A stretch of DNA of 64,000 nt from the sequence record OQ718158.1. One strand, written 5' to 3'. The translations under genes and the position numbers were made by a program. Below, piece after piece: positions 19,531 through 30,400 of this stretch. Each line of letters starts with the position of its first letter. The first letter of the stretch is position 1. Under the pieces are notes generated by a model that ran no database searches, was not told the origin of the DNA, and was given only the letters and a program-made list of their open reading frames with translations. The stretch comes from Escherichia phage vB_Ec-M-J.

Positions 19531-22500
19531 TTAAGCAGTACGTTGTGCAATGAACAAATCAGTAACTGGACTTACACCATCATAAATTACTTGGTAAATG
19601 GTCACGCTACCAGCAGTTTTGTTTAGTTCACCATCAACAACAGCATAAGTACCATCAGTTGTAAAGTTTCTGTTACCAGTTGCATCTTGTTTAACATAGA
19701 TGTATACTGATGCAGCTTTACCGCCACCAATTAGGCCAGTAATTGGAGCCAACGTGGTATCTTGGTCTAGAGTGATGAAGTATACGTTACTTGTACCATC
19801 TGGAGTCCATGTTCCGGTTGGAGCAATTACTGATGATGTAACTTGAGTTGGGATTACATCATACTTTTTGGTAGTTACTGTTGTAGTAGTTAAGTTAGCA
19901 TTAGTAGTGGTTAGTTCACCAGTCACTGTTACTGCCTTATCAAACACAGCATTTTCTTTAAATGATGAAGTTGCATTAACGGTTAGAACGTCAGCCGCTG
20001 CGTCACCTAATGTTACGTTACCATTCACAGTTAGTGCTCCACCTACTGTTGCGTTACCAGTAATGGATGCACTTGCAAGTGTAGCCAAACCTGATGTTGT
20101 AATTGTAGAAACGGTTGTTGCAGCGAATCCAGCAGTACCAGTTGCAGTGATATTGCCACCCACTGTTATGTTACCCGCAGTGGTCACTGCACCAGTGATA
20201 TTTGCACCACTTGACATAGTTACTAAACCACCAAATGAACCAGTAGTAGTAACTTCTAAAGTATTACCTTTAAGTAATCCAGTTGCAGTGATGGAAGTAC
20301 CAGCAGTAATTGCAGTACCTGCACTTAATGTGGTTCCAGCAGCTACGTTGTTAGCTGCAGTCAAAGACTTAACAGCTACATCGGAATCTGCTTGGTTCAA
20401 TTGTGCATTTAGTACGCCAGTAACAGTGAAGTTACCGTTGTTTACAACGTTACCATTAACGATTAGGTTGTTGTTTTGTGAACCGACTTCACCAATGGTT
20501 GCAGCCTTGGATATAAGTGATGCACCAGATGTAATATCACTTGCTGCCTGTATTGTTTGTTCGGCAACAATTGCATATGGTTCAATTGTTTGACCACTAA
20601 CATCAATATCAGCATTTATACCACCGTCAACACGCAAGGAACCTGCGATGAACGTATTTGGAAAAATCTGTACTGTTTCTGGGTTTTCACCAGTTTGTGT
20701 ACCAATTACAACATTTGCTCCAGTTTTCACTGCACCAGCAGTTGTGATAGAACCGAGTGTAGTAGCACCAGTTACTGATAGTGTTCCACCTATGGTTGCA
20801 TTGTTTGTTACTATTAAGCCAGTACCTGTACCATTAAAGGTAGACGATGGTGCTGAAATTGCACCAGTAACACCAAGAGAACCACCAACAGTTGCATTAC
20901 CATCTGAATGAATGGTTGTTGCGACAGAAATACTATTTGCAACAACATCAGTACTGGAAAGATCCAAACTACCAGGAGTTAATGTACCAGCAACAGTTAC
21001 ATCATCACTGAATGTAGCTGCACCAGTTACACCTAGTGTAGTACTAAAGTTACCGGATGTTGATGTAATACCAGATGTTACAATAGATCCCGCAGTTGCA
21101 GTTCCAGTTACATCAAGTGTTCCACCTATGGTTGCATTATTAGTAACAGATAGAGCAGTTCCTGAACCATTTAGTGTTACAGATGGAGCAGATACTACAC
21201 CAGTTACACCCAAATCGCCACCAACAGTTGTGTTACCGTCGGAATGCATGGTTGTTGCTACAGAAATACTATTTGCAGTAATATCAGATGATGCTAAATT
21301 CAAACCACCAGCAGGTGTAAATGTACCATTTACGGTTACATCCCCAGTAAAGGTTGAATCTCCTGACACATCAACTGTTGTTGTCGAAACACCACCATTT
21401 AAGTTTGTTAAACCAGTGACACTTAGTGTTCCACCAACCGTTGCGTTGTTGTTAACAGTTAAGCCAACACCTGGTCCAGTTAAGGACGCAGAAGGACTTG
21501 TTATTGCCCCACCAAAAGATGCAGTTCCAACAGAACTTATAGTTGTGGAAGATGATAATGATTTAACTTCAACATCAGATGCTGATAAATCAACACCACC
21601 ACTTGCAGTAAGTAATCCATCAACTTGTAAGGTTCCACCAAGTGTTGCTGCACCAGTACTAGATAGTGTATTTGTACTTACTGATGTTGCAGACAAACTA
21701 CCAGTATTAACAGTACCTAGTGTTGTTATGCCAGTTACGTTTAATGTACCATTTAAAACAGACGCCTTTGTAACAGACAAACTATCAATTGTAGCTGGAC
21801 CAGAAACATCGATAGTTTCTGCATCTAAACTACTTAATGTTGATGCACCAATTACATTAAGTGTTGTTGCAGCTTCTACACTGTTTACCACAAGATCAGC
21901 ACCAGCAAGATTCAAACCACCTTCTGGTATAAATTCACCTTTAACAGTTAATTTCTGAACAGTACTGTCACCTGAAATATCCAACGCAGATGCTGCTACG
22001 CCACCATTAAATGTACTTTGACCAGTAACTGCTAAAGTTGTTCCAACTGTTGCACTGTTTAGTGCTGCATTACCACTTATTGATGCGGCAGGTGCGGTTA
22101 TTGTACCTTCATCCAACTGCAACCCACCAGAAACAACTTGAACACCACCAGTTGCTACTGTAACTTTACCAGCGGTATTAACAGTACCAGATGTGGATAC
22201 TGCACCGACAAGAGTTGAAGTACCATTAACTGTCAAATTACCAGAAATTTCAGGACTACCAGTAACAATACCAGTTGTTAGAACCAAATCTCCACCAACA
22301 GTTGTTGAACCAGTACTTGCTAGTGTTGAAGCTGTGATATCAGCGGAACTTAGATCAATAGATCCATCAACACTAATATCCCCACCAACATGCACGTTTC
22401 CTAATGAATCTAACGATTTAACGGTCACATCAGTTGTGCTTAAGTCAATTATACCAGCAGTTAGTGTGCCAGATACAGCCAAATCACCAGTGATTGCAGT

Positions 22501-25497
22501 GCTTTTTGCAATTTCGATAGTATCATCAGCAGTTGTAATACTACCCACAGTTAGTGTACCGTTTATCGTTGCATTATTATCAACAACCAAACCTTCACCA
22601 ATAGCATTTAACGCAATACTAGTAGCAGTTACTTGAGTAGCTGATACACTCTGTAGTGTGCTATTTCCAGTTGCTTCAATGGTTGCTGCTCTAACCGAAC
22701 CAATTGTTGCATCTGTACTAATTAGTTTTGGTAAAGTACTTGAATTTACTGAATCACTTACTGTGATTACACCAGTACTATTAATGGTTTCAGCACTTGT
22801 TAGTGATTTAACAGTTACGTCAGCAGAACTAAGGTCAACTGTTCCTGATACAACTAAATCACCACCAATATTTGCACCTTCAGTTGTGGTAATTGATTTA
22901 GCATTAATATCAGTTGTTGCTAAGTCAATTGAACCAGGAGTTAAAACACCACTAACAGTTAGGTTACCTGTAATTGTTGTATCATTACTAATTTCAACAC
23001 CACCAGCATTAAAAATAACTGGCGTTTCAACAGAAATAGATTTCACATTACCACTTGCGACGACAGATGCTAATGAAGATGCTCCTGTAATATTTAAAGC
23101 AACACTGTTTGTTGTTGTAGCAGTTATAGTTCCAATACTTGCTTCAGTACTTGATAATTTAGGTAGAACACTAGTACCATTTAGATCATTACTAACGACT
23201 GGACCAGTACTTGTTAGTGATTTAACAGTTACATCTGCCGCACTAAGGTCAACTGTTCCTGATACAACTAAATCACCACCAATATTTGCACCCTCGGATG
23301 TGGCAATTGATTTAGCAGAAACGTCAGTTGTGCTTAGGTCAATTGAACCAGGAGTTACCGAACCACTTACTGTCAAGTTTCCATCAATTAAAGTATTATT
23401 TGTAATAGATACACCTGCTGGGTTAGAAATACTATCAGCTTGAACTACAACAGCAGTAACTTTACCAGAAGAATTTAAGTTAACAACACTAGAATTACCA
23501 CTAACTGTCAAATCTGTAATGGTTGCATCACTAACAGTTGCGTTTGTTGCAGTTAAATCAGTACTTGATAATTTAGGTAGAACACTAGTACCAGTTAGAT
23601 CATTACTAACGACTGGACCAGTACTGGTTAATGATTTAACAGTTACGTCTGCTGCACTCAAATCAACCACACCATCAACAGTTAAGTTACCATTAACAGT
23701 TACACCCTCTGTTACAGTTACAGACTTAGCAGCAACGTCAGTTGTGCTTAGGTCAATTGAACTAGGAGTTAGCGTTCCTTGAATAACAACATCATTTTCA
23801 AATGTGGTATTACCGGAAATTGTTGGCGAAGTTAATGTAGTTGTTGAAATTGAATCTGCACTTACGGAATCTGCACTTATTTCACCCGTTGATGTGATTT
23901 TTGGTGAAGTAATTTCAGTTGATGCTGAAATTGTTGGTGCTGAAACTAAAGTTGTTGCAGATACTGAATTTGAGTTAATAGTATTGGTATTTAGTACATT
24001 ACTAAGAACCATCGAACTACCATTAATTTCACCAGTTACACCAAGAGTTCCACCGATTGACGCATTACCAGTGCTTTCTAAGGTCACTGCTTTCACCAAT
24101 GTTGATGCATTAATCGAATTAGGAGTTAGGTCTTGACCACTTACATCAACAGTTAGGCCAGTTACTACACCAGTAAAGTCAACATCGTTTAAAATAGTCT
24201 TACCACCAACTCTTAGTTGTGGTGTGTTTGGGTCTTGTACCGCATTACCAGTAATTGTTAGGTAATCTAGTTTGTTTAGACCATTACCTGTGATACCGTA
24301 AGTAGCCAAAGATGCGTTACCAAAAGTTGCTGTTTTTAGAACATTTAATGTCGCTGGAGAAACAACTTCAGATTGTATTTCGTTTTGTAGTATTACTGTT
24401 GGACGTAAACCAGTACCAGTATATGCAAACGAAATTCTAGCAGCCGGATCTGCTACGTTTTGTCCTAAACTTACTGCTTTAAGTGTCGCAGTACTATTAA
24501 AACCAGTAATGTTACCACCTAAAGATACAGCACCACCTAATGAAGATGTACCAGAAACATTTAATGTTAGTGCGTTCAAATCATCCAATTGGAATGTACC
24601 ACCTAATGTTCCAGCGATATTAATATCATTAAAGTTTGCAGTACCTGAACTTTCGATATTAGGAATGGTTGCAGTTCCAGTTACTTCAAAATCATGAACT
24701 TTAGTTTTTCCAGATTTTACCTCCAACAATGGTGTTGTTGGGTCTTGAACAGCATTACCTGAAACTGTCAAGTAATCTAGTTTGTTTAGACCATTACCAG
24801 TGATACCATATGTTGAAAGTGATGCGTTACCAAATGATGCAGTAGAAAGAACTGTCAATTTTGCTGGTGACATCAACTCTGATTGAATTTCGTTTTGTAA
24901 TAGTACAGTTGGTCTTTGACCAGGAACAGTATAGCCAAAGTTAAGTCTATACGCTTGACCTGCCGCATCCGGTCCAATACGAACATCACGGAAGTTTGCA
25001 GTACTGTTTATACCAGTAATGTTTGCACCCAACGTAACTGCACCTTGTAGACCAGTAGTCCCAGACACATTAAGTGTTGTAGCATTAATATCAGAAAGAT
25101 TAAAAGTACCACCAAGTGTACCAGAAATGTTTACATCTTTAAAAGTTGCTGTGCCAGTTGAAGTAATATCAGTTGATTCAACAGAATCAAATGATCCTGA
25201 ATTAGCTTCTAAGTTATCAAATTTTGCAGTTGTTCCGACAGCAGCAGTAATGTTTCCTGCAAATGTCGCAGCACCTGAAACATCAGCACCAGCGGATAAG
25301 GTTGCCTTACCAGCAACATCCAATGTACCTGTGACATTCACAGTACCAGCGGTAATTGCAGTGAATACTGCGTTAGCAAAAGACACTTCCCCATTAACCG
25401 TTAGGTCATTACTGAATACTGCATTACCTTTGACCAAAAGATCCTTACCTACCGTGGAATTACCAGATACGTCAAGATCCGTTTTAATCGAGTACAT
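19531..25497 (-). CDS. giant repetitive tail fibre protein (1988 aa)
   Basis: ATG with AGGAGGGG Shine-Dalgarno; T/G/S/V/N-rich with multiple internal tandem repeat modules; paralogous to ORFs 27418-30567 and 25647-27395. Confidence 0.8.
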   Translation of the reverse strand: MYSIKTDLDVSGNSTVGKDLLVKGNAVFSNDLTVNGEVSFANAVFTAITAGTVNVTGTLDVAGKATLSAGADVSGAATFAGNITAAVGTTAKFDNLEANSGSFDSVESTDITSTGTATFKDVNISGTLGGTFNLSDINATTLNVSGTTGLQGAVTLGANITGINSTANFRDVRIGPDAAGQAYRLNFGYTVPGQRPTVLLQNEIQSELMSPAKLTVLSTASFGNASLSTYGITGNGLNKLDYLTVSGNAVQDPTTPLLEVKSGKTKVHDFEVTGTATIPNIESSGTANFNDINIAGTLGGTFQLDDLNALTLNVSGTSSLGGAVSLGGNITGFNSTATLKAVSLGQNVADPAARISFAYTGTGLRPTVILQNEIQSEVVSPATLNVLKTATFGNASLATYGITGNGLNKLDYLTITGNAVQDPNTPQLRVGGKTILNDVDFTGVVTGLTVDVSGQDLTPNSINASTLVKAVTLESTGNASIGGTLGVTGEINGSSMVLSNVLNTNTINSNSVSATTLVSAPTISASTEITSPKITSTGEISADSVSADSISTTTLTSPTISGNTTFENDVVIQGTLTPSSIDLSTTDVAAKSVTVTEGVTVNGNLTVDGVVDLSAADVTVKSLTSTGPVVSNDLTGTSVLPKLSSTDLTATNATVSDATITDLTVSGNSSVVNLNSSGKVTAVVVQADSISNPAGVSITNNTLIDGNLTVSGSVTPGSIDLSTTDVSAKSIATSEGANIGGDLVVSGTVDLSAADVTVKSLTSTGPVVSNDLNGTSVLPKLSSTEASIGTITATTTNSVALNITGASSLASVVASGNVKSISVETPVIFNAGGVEISNDTTITGNLTVSGVLTPGSIDLATTDINAKSITTTEGANIGGDLVVSGTVDLSSADVTVKSLTSAETINSTGVITVSDSVNSSTLPKLISTDATIGSVRAATIEATGNSTLQSVSATQVTATSIALNAIGEGLVVDNNATINGTLTVGSITTADDTIEIAKSTAITGDLAVSGTLTAGIIDLSTTDVTVKSLDSLGNVHVGGDISVDGSIDLSSADITASTLASTGSTTVGGDLVLTTGIVTGSPEISGNLTVNGTSTLVGAVSTSGTVNTAGKVTVATGGVQVVSGGLQLDEGTITAPAASISGNAALNSATVGTTLAVTGQSTFNGGVAASALDISGDSTVQKLTVKGEFIPEGGLNLAGADLVVNSVEAATTLNVIGASTLSSLDAETIDVSGPATIDSLSVTKASVLNGTLNVTGITTLGTVNTGSLSATSVSTNTLSSTGAATLGGTLQVDGLLTASGGVDLSASDVEVKSLSSSTTISSVGTASFGGAITSPSASLTGPGVGLTVNNNATVGGTLSVTGLTNLNGGVSTTTVDVSGDSTFTGDVTVNGTFTPAGGLNLASSDITANSISVATTMHSDGNTTVGGDLGVTGVVSAPSVTLNGSGTALSVTNNATIGGTLDVTGTATAGSIVTSGITSTSGNFSTTLGVTGAATFSDDVTVAGTLTPGSLDLSSTDVVANSISVATTIHSDGNATVGGSLGVTGAISAPSSTFNGTGTGLIVTNNATIGGTLSVTGATTLGSITTAGAVKTGANVVIGTQTGENPETVQIFPNTFIAGSLRVDGGINADIDVSGQTIEPYAIVAEQTIQAASDITSGASLISKAATIGEVGSQNNNLIVNGNVVNNGNFTVTGVLNAQLNQADSDVAVKSLTAANNVAAGTTLSAGTAITAGTSITATGLLKGNTLEVTTTGSFGGLVTMSSGANITGAVTTAGNITVGGNITATGTAGFAATTVSTITTSGLATLASASITGNATVGGALTVNGNVTLGDAAADVLTVNATSSFKENAVFDKAVTVTGELTTTNANLTTTTVTTKKYDVIPTQVTSSVIAPTGTWTPDGTSNVYFITLDQDTTLAPITGLIGGGKAASVYIYVKQDATGNRNFTTDGTYAVVDGELNKTAGSVTIYQVIYDGVSPVTDLFIAQRTA
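22380..23790 (-). repeat. in-frame tandem repeats (~420-nt unit, about three copies) inside the giant fibre gene
   Basis: Near-identical nucleotide blocks around 22800-22940, 23220-23360 and 23630-23770, encoding ...TPSSIDLSTTDV...VDLSAADVTVKSLTS... modules. Confidence 0.7.
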
Positions 25498-25544
25498 AGA
25501 GTCCCCTCCTATAACGATGAACTATATATTCATAACCCATCTTT

Positions 25545-25568
25545 TGTTAATATACTTATATTTAGTTT
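25545..25568 (-). promoter_or_regulatory. late-promoter-like motif AACTAAATATAAGTATATTAACAA (minus strand)
   Basis: 48 nt upstream of ATG 25497; nearly identical 24-mer upstream of ATG 30567. Confidence 0.45.
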
Positions 25569-25597
25569 AATTCACAAAAACACTATTATCTAATACA

Positions 25598-25628
25598 AAA
25601 GAAAAAGCCAACTAAAAAAGTTGGCTTT
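25598..25628 (-). terminator. rho-independent terminator (minus strand) after ORF 25647-27395
   Basis: aaagccaac-taaaaaa-gttggcttt hairpin followed on the minus strand by a T-rich run. Confidence 0.65.
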
Positions 25629-25646
25629 AATTATTAATTTAAAATG

Positions 25647-27395
25647 TTATACACGTTGTGCAACGAAGGTATCAAACACAGTACTGAAACCATCATAGAT
25701 TACTTGGATAATACTTGTTTGACCAACTACAGCACTTACTGTACCAGAAACTACAGAGTATGCACCACCGAAGGTGAAAGTAGTATCAGCAACAGTTGGA
25801 GTTACATAGATATACACTGAACATGCTTGACCACTACCAATTAGACCCGCGATGGAATCCATTGTAACACTTTGGTCAAGAGTTAAGCGATATACGTTAG
25901 TAGTACCATCTGGTGTCCAAGTACCACCTACAGCAGCAGTAGAAGCAGTAACACTAGCAGGGATAACAGAATATTTCTTAGTTACCATGTTGTTTGTAGT
26001 GAAGTTTGCAGTGGTGGTGTTAATAGAACCAGTCACTGTTAGGTTCTTATCAAATGTTGCGTTCTCTTTAAATGTAGATGTTGCATTTACAGTTAAAGTA
26101 TCAGCAGCAGCATCACCAATCACAGTGTTACCATTTGCAGTTAATGTACCACCTACAGTTAGAGCACCAGTTACAGATGCACTTGCAAGGGTAGCTAAAC
26201 CTGATGTTGTAATGGTAGAAACGGTTGTTGCACCGAATCCAGCAGTACCAGTTGCAGAGATATTACCACCTACTGTTAGGTCACCAGCAGTGATACCAAC
26301 AGTACCAGTGATGTTTGCACCACTTGACATAGTTACTGCACCACCAAATGAACCAGTAGTGGTGACTTCTAACGAATTACCTTTTAGTAAGCCTGATGCA
26401 GTGATGGATGTTCCAGCAGTGATTGAAGTACCAGCCGCAACGTTATTAGTTGCAGTTAAAGATTTAACAGCTACATCGGAATCTGCTTGGTTCAATTGTG
26501 CATTTAGTACACCAGTAACGGTGAAGTCACCATTAGTTACTACGTTACCATTAACAGTTAGGTTGTTGTTTTGTGAACCAACATCACCAATTGTTGCAGC
26601 TTTAGAAACGATGGTTGCACCAGAAGTAATGTTACCAACAGCAGATAGTGTTGCAGCAGCTTCAATTGCATATGGTTCTAGTGTTTGACCACTTACGTCG
26701 ATTTCAGCGTTAATACCACCGATTACACGCAATTTACCAGCAATATAAGTATCTGGAATGATCTGTACAGTTTCAGGTTGTTCACCAACTGGAGTACCAA
26801 CAGTTAGGGTTGTACCAGTTTTCACTGCACCAGTAGCTGTTAGTGAAGATACAGTAGTTGCACCAGTAACACCTAGAGTTCCAGTTACACCCAAATTACC
26901 ACCAACTGATGCGTTTGCAGTAGAAGTTAAACTTCCAACAGTTGCTAGACCAGATGCAGTCACAGTAGAAGTACTAACACCACCACTTAGAGTACTTAGG
27001 CCAGTTGCATTGATAGTTGTCGCAGTAGTTAGACTATTAGCAGTAATGTCTGCACCGCTTAGGTCAAGACCACCTTGTGGGATCAATTCACCTTGGACAG
27101 TTAGTTTCTGAACAGTACTGTCACCAGAAACTGTTAGTGATGTCGCAGATACACCTGCTAGAGTAGAAGCACCAGTTACACCTAAAGTTCCAGTAATGGA
27201 AGTTCCTGCTAGAGTAGAAGCACCAGAAACGTTAATTGTGTTAGTATTGATACCACCATCAACTACCTGAATACCACCAGTACTCACTGTTACTTTCTTA
27301 CCGATATTAACAATATCAGTTAGGTTAACAGCACCAGTTACACCAAGAGTTCCACCGATTGTTGTATTACCAGAGATAGCTGGGCTACCAGTCAC
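25647..27395 (-). CDS. C-terminal part of the second tail-fibre paralog (frameshift-split)
   Basis: Track start is GTG without a Shine-Dalgarno. The frame is open upstream to a TAG at 27435-27437 and encodes QVVGTDLVLTTGVVTGSPAISG, collinear with the middle of the 1988-aa fibre. The whole 582 aa aligns with the C-terminal ~580 aa of that fibre. Confidence 0.7.
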   Translation of the reverse strand: MTGSPAISGNTTIGGTLGVTGAVNLTDIVNIGKKVTVSTGGIQVVDGGINTNTINVSGASTLAGTSITGTLGVTGASTLAGVSATSLTVSGDSTVQKLTVQGELIPQGGLDLSGADITANSLTTATTINATGLSTLSGGVSTSTVTASGLATVGSLTSTANASVGGNLGVTGTLGVTGATTVSSLTATGAVKTGTTLTVGTPVGEQPETVQIIPDTYIAGKLRVIGGINAEIDVSGQTLEPYAIEAAATLSAVGNITSGATIVSKAATIGDVGSQNNNLTVNGNVVTNGDFTVTGVLNAQLNQADSDVAVKSLTATNNVAAGTSITAGTSITASGLLKGNSLEVTTTGSFGGAVTMSSGANITGTVGITAGDLTVGGNISATGTAGFGATTVSTITTSGLATLASASVTGALTVGGTLTANGNTVIGDAAADTLTVNATSTFKENATFDKNLTVTGSINTTTANFTTNNMVTKKYSVIPASVTASTAAVGGTWTPDGTTNVYRLTLDQSVTMDSIAGLIGSGQACSVYIYVTPTVADTTFTFGGAYSVVSGTVSAVVGQTSIIQVIYDGFSTVFDTFVAQRV

Positions 27396-27417
27396 AACAC
27401 CAGTTGTTAGTACTAGA

Positions 27418-30400
27418 TCAGTACCAACAACTTGCTAGACTTGCAGCTACAAGGTTAGTTGCACTTAAGTCGAATGCACCATCTACAGTTAGGTTACCAG
27501 CAATGTGTGCGTTACCTAGTGAATCAAGAGATTTAACGGTTACATCAGTATTGCTTAGGTCGATTGAACCAGCAGTTAGTGTGCCAGATACAGCTAAATC
27601 ACCAGTGATTGCAGTATTTTTTGCAATATTAAGAGAAGCAGCAGTTGTTGTTAAAGAACCAACAGTTGCAATGCCACCAACAGATAATGCACCACCAACG
27701 TTTGCATCATTATCAACTTGAAGACCAAGGCCACCACCAGAAAATTCAGCACTATTAGCAGTTACTTGAGTAGCTGATACACTTTGTAGTACACTGTTGC
27801 CAGTTGCATTAATAGTACCTGCATTTACTGTAAAGAGTGTTGCATCAGTTGAAGTAATTTTAGGTAACGAACTAGTATTGGTTGAATCGGTAACGGTAAT
27901 AACACCAGCACTTGTAATTGTCTCTGCACTTGCAAGAGATTTCACAGACACATCAGCAGCACTTAGGTCAAAAGTACCATCAACTACTAAGTTTCCACCA
28001 ACATTAACATCAGCAGTAGTAGTTAGTGAGTTTGCAGTAATATCAACAGTTGTTAGATCAAGACCACCTTCAGGTTTGAATACACCAGTGACAGTTAGAT
28101 CTTTTGCCGCGACAACATTACTTGCTAGATTTAGTGTACCAGCACCAGCAGCTTCAGCTTGTAAAGTTGGAACTGTTACAGAAGTTGTGATTGTTGCAGT
28201 ACCAGAAGACAAACGCGAACCAGATACTACACCAGTACTAGTTAGTGTTCCTACTTTCGCTGCACCAGTAGTAGTTAGTGTGCCACCTGAAACGTCACCA
28301 GTTGCGGCAACAGAAGATGCATTAATTACACCAAATGTACTTGGGTTAGTTGCACTAACTGATTTTGTTACTACATCAGCAGCAGACAAATCAATAGCAC
28401 CAGTTACTGCAAGAGAACCACCAACAGTTACGTTACCAGTAGTTGTTAAAGAAGCAGCACTTACATCAGTAGTGCTTAAATCTATACTACTCGGAGTTAG
28501 TGTTCCAGTAATAGTTACGTTATTAGCAAAAGTAGTGTCACCAGTAATACTTGGAACAGTTAGTGAAGCCATAGAGCCAGCACCAGTTACTGCAAGAGAA
28601 CCACCAGATAGTGCACCAGCCGCAGTTACTGTATTACCAGATACAGACGCACCAGTAACATCACCAGTACTGGTTACTGAACTAGCAGTTAGGCCAGCTA
28701 AAGTAGTGTCCCCAGCAACAGATAGTGTTGTTGTAACATCAACTTTATTTGGGGCGATATCAAGACCATCAACATCAGCTTGGGCAGTTACACCAGTAGT
28801 TGTACCAGTTACTACTAAATCACGTACAGTTACAGTTTGACCAGTAACGCTAACATCACCACTGAAAGTACCTTTAGCAGCACTTACATCACCAGTGAAG
28901 GTAGCAGCAGTACCAGTTAGTGCACCAACAACATTAGCAGTTCCACCAACTTGTAGGTTAGTTCCTACTGTGGTTTGACCAACTGATTCAAGGGTTTGAC
29001 CTTTGATTGCTTCAGCAGCATCTACTGATTTAGGAGTTAGATCTTGTCCACTCACATCAACAGTTAGACCAGTTACAGTACCAGTGAATTCAACATCATT
29101 TAGTACTGATTTACCAGCAACTTGTAGTTGTGGGGTAGCTGGACTTTGTGTACCATTACCAGTAATAGATAGATAATCTAGTTTGTTTAGACCGTTACCT
29201 GTGATACCATAGGTTGCAAGAGATGCATCACCAAAGGTTGCAGTTTTTTGTACATTAAGTACTGCTGGAGATACTAGCTCAGACTGAATTTCATTTTGTA
29301 GAATTACAGTTGGACGTGCACCAGGGGCAGAATAAGCAAAACCATACTTAACGTTAGCATCGGCGGCGTTTTGTCCTAAACTTACTGCTTTAAAATTAGC
29401 AGTACTATTAGCACCGGAAATATCAGCACCTAAAGTTACACCACCAACAAGGCTAGTTAAACCGGATACAGTTAGTGTGTTTGCTTCAATATCATCAAGA
29501 CTGAAAGTACCACCGAGTGTACCAGATACGTTGATGTTATTAAAATTAGCAGTACCAGTACTTTCAATGTTAGGAATAGTTGCAGTTCCTGTTACTTCGA
29601 AATCATGAACTTTAGTTTTACCTGAAGTTACTTGTAATAGTGGAGTTGTTGGATCTTGAACAGAGTTACCAGATACTGTTAGGTAATCTAGTTTGTTTAG
29701 ACCATTACCAGTAATACCAAAAGTGGATAGTGACGAATCACCAAAAGATGCAGTTTTCAATACACTTAGGGTAGCTGGAGACATCAATTCTGATTGGATT
29801 TCGTTCTGTAGAATTACAGTTGGACGAAGACTTGGAGCAGAATAGTTAAAGCTCAAACGGTAGTTAGTGTTTGCAGCATTGGAACCAATTTTAATATCAC
29901 GGAAGTTTGCACTACTATTCACACCAGTAATGTTGGAACCTAATGTAACACCACCTTGTAGACTGGTTAAACCAGAAACAGTTAGAGTTGTTGCATTAAC
30001 ATCAGATAGACTAAATGTTCCACCTAGTGTACCGGAAATATTCACATCTTTAAAGTTTGCAGTTCCAGTTGATGTGATATCAGTAGTTGCAGTGTTTGTG
30101 AATGTTGCATCAGTTGCAGTTATTTTGTCAAATGCTGCGGTAGTGCCAGTTTCAGCAGTAATATTACCTTTAAATGAAGAAGTTCCAAGAACATCCATTG
30201 ATGCCACTTGGGTATCTTTTAGTACAGCAGTGCCAGCGGTTTGTGTTAGGTTACCTGCCATTGATACTGGGCTTTGGAATTGTGCATTAGAATTAATCGT
30301 TGCAGTATCAGAACCAACAGGCAAATTACCAATTACGGAATTACCATGAACTTCAATTCCACCATTCAATGATGCTTTACCAGCAACATCTAGTGTAGAT

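Noticed and set aside
22380-25140. Regularly spaced direct repeats that might suggest a CRISPR array or a mobile-element repeat.
   Set aside because: The repeats are long (~420-500 nt), diverged, in frame and fully inside a continuous fibre ORF. There are no short conserved repeats with unique spacers and no cas genes.
19868-30349. Many long plus-strand ORFs inside the minus-strand fibre genes (for example 19868-20593, 20912-21958, 22658-23443, 25852-26688, 27797-28840, 29867-30349).
   Set aside because: They are antisense to long, well-supported fibre ORFs, have V/P/T/A-rich low-complexity translations mirroring the sense-strand repeats, lack Shine-Dalgarno sites, and their boundaries follow the repeat structure. 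Treated as shadow ORFs.
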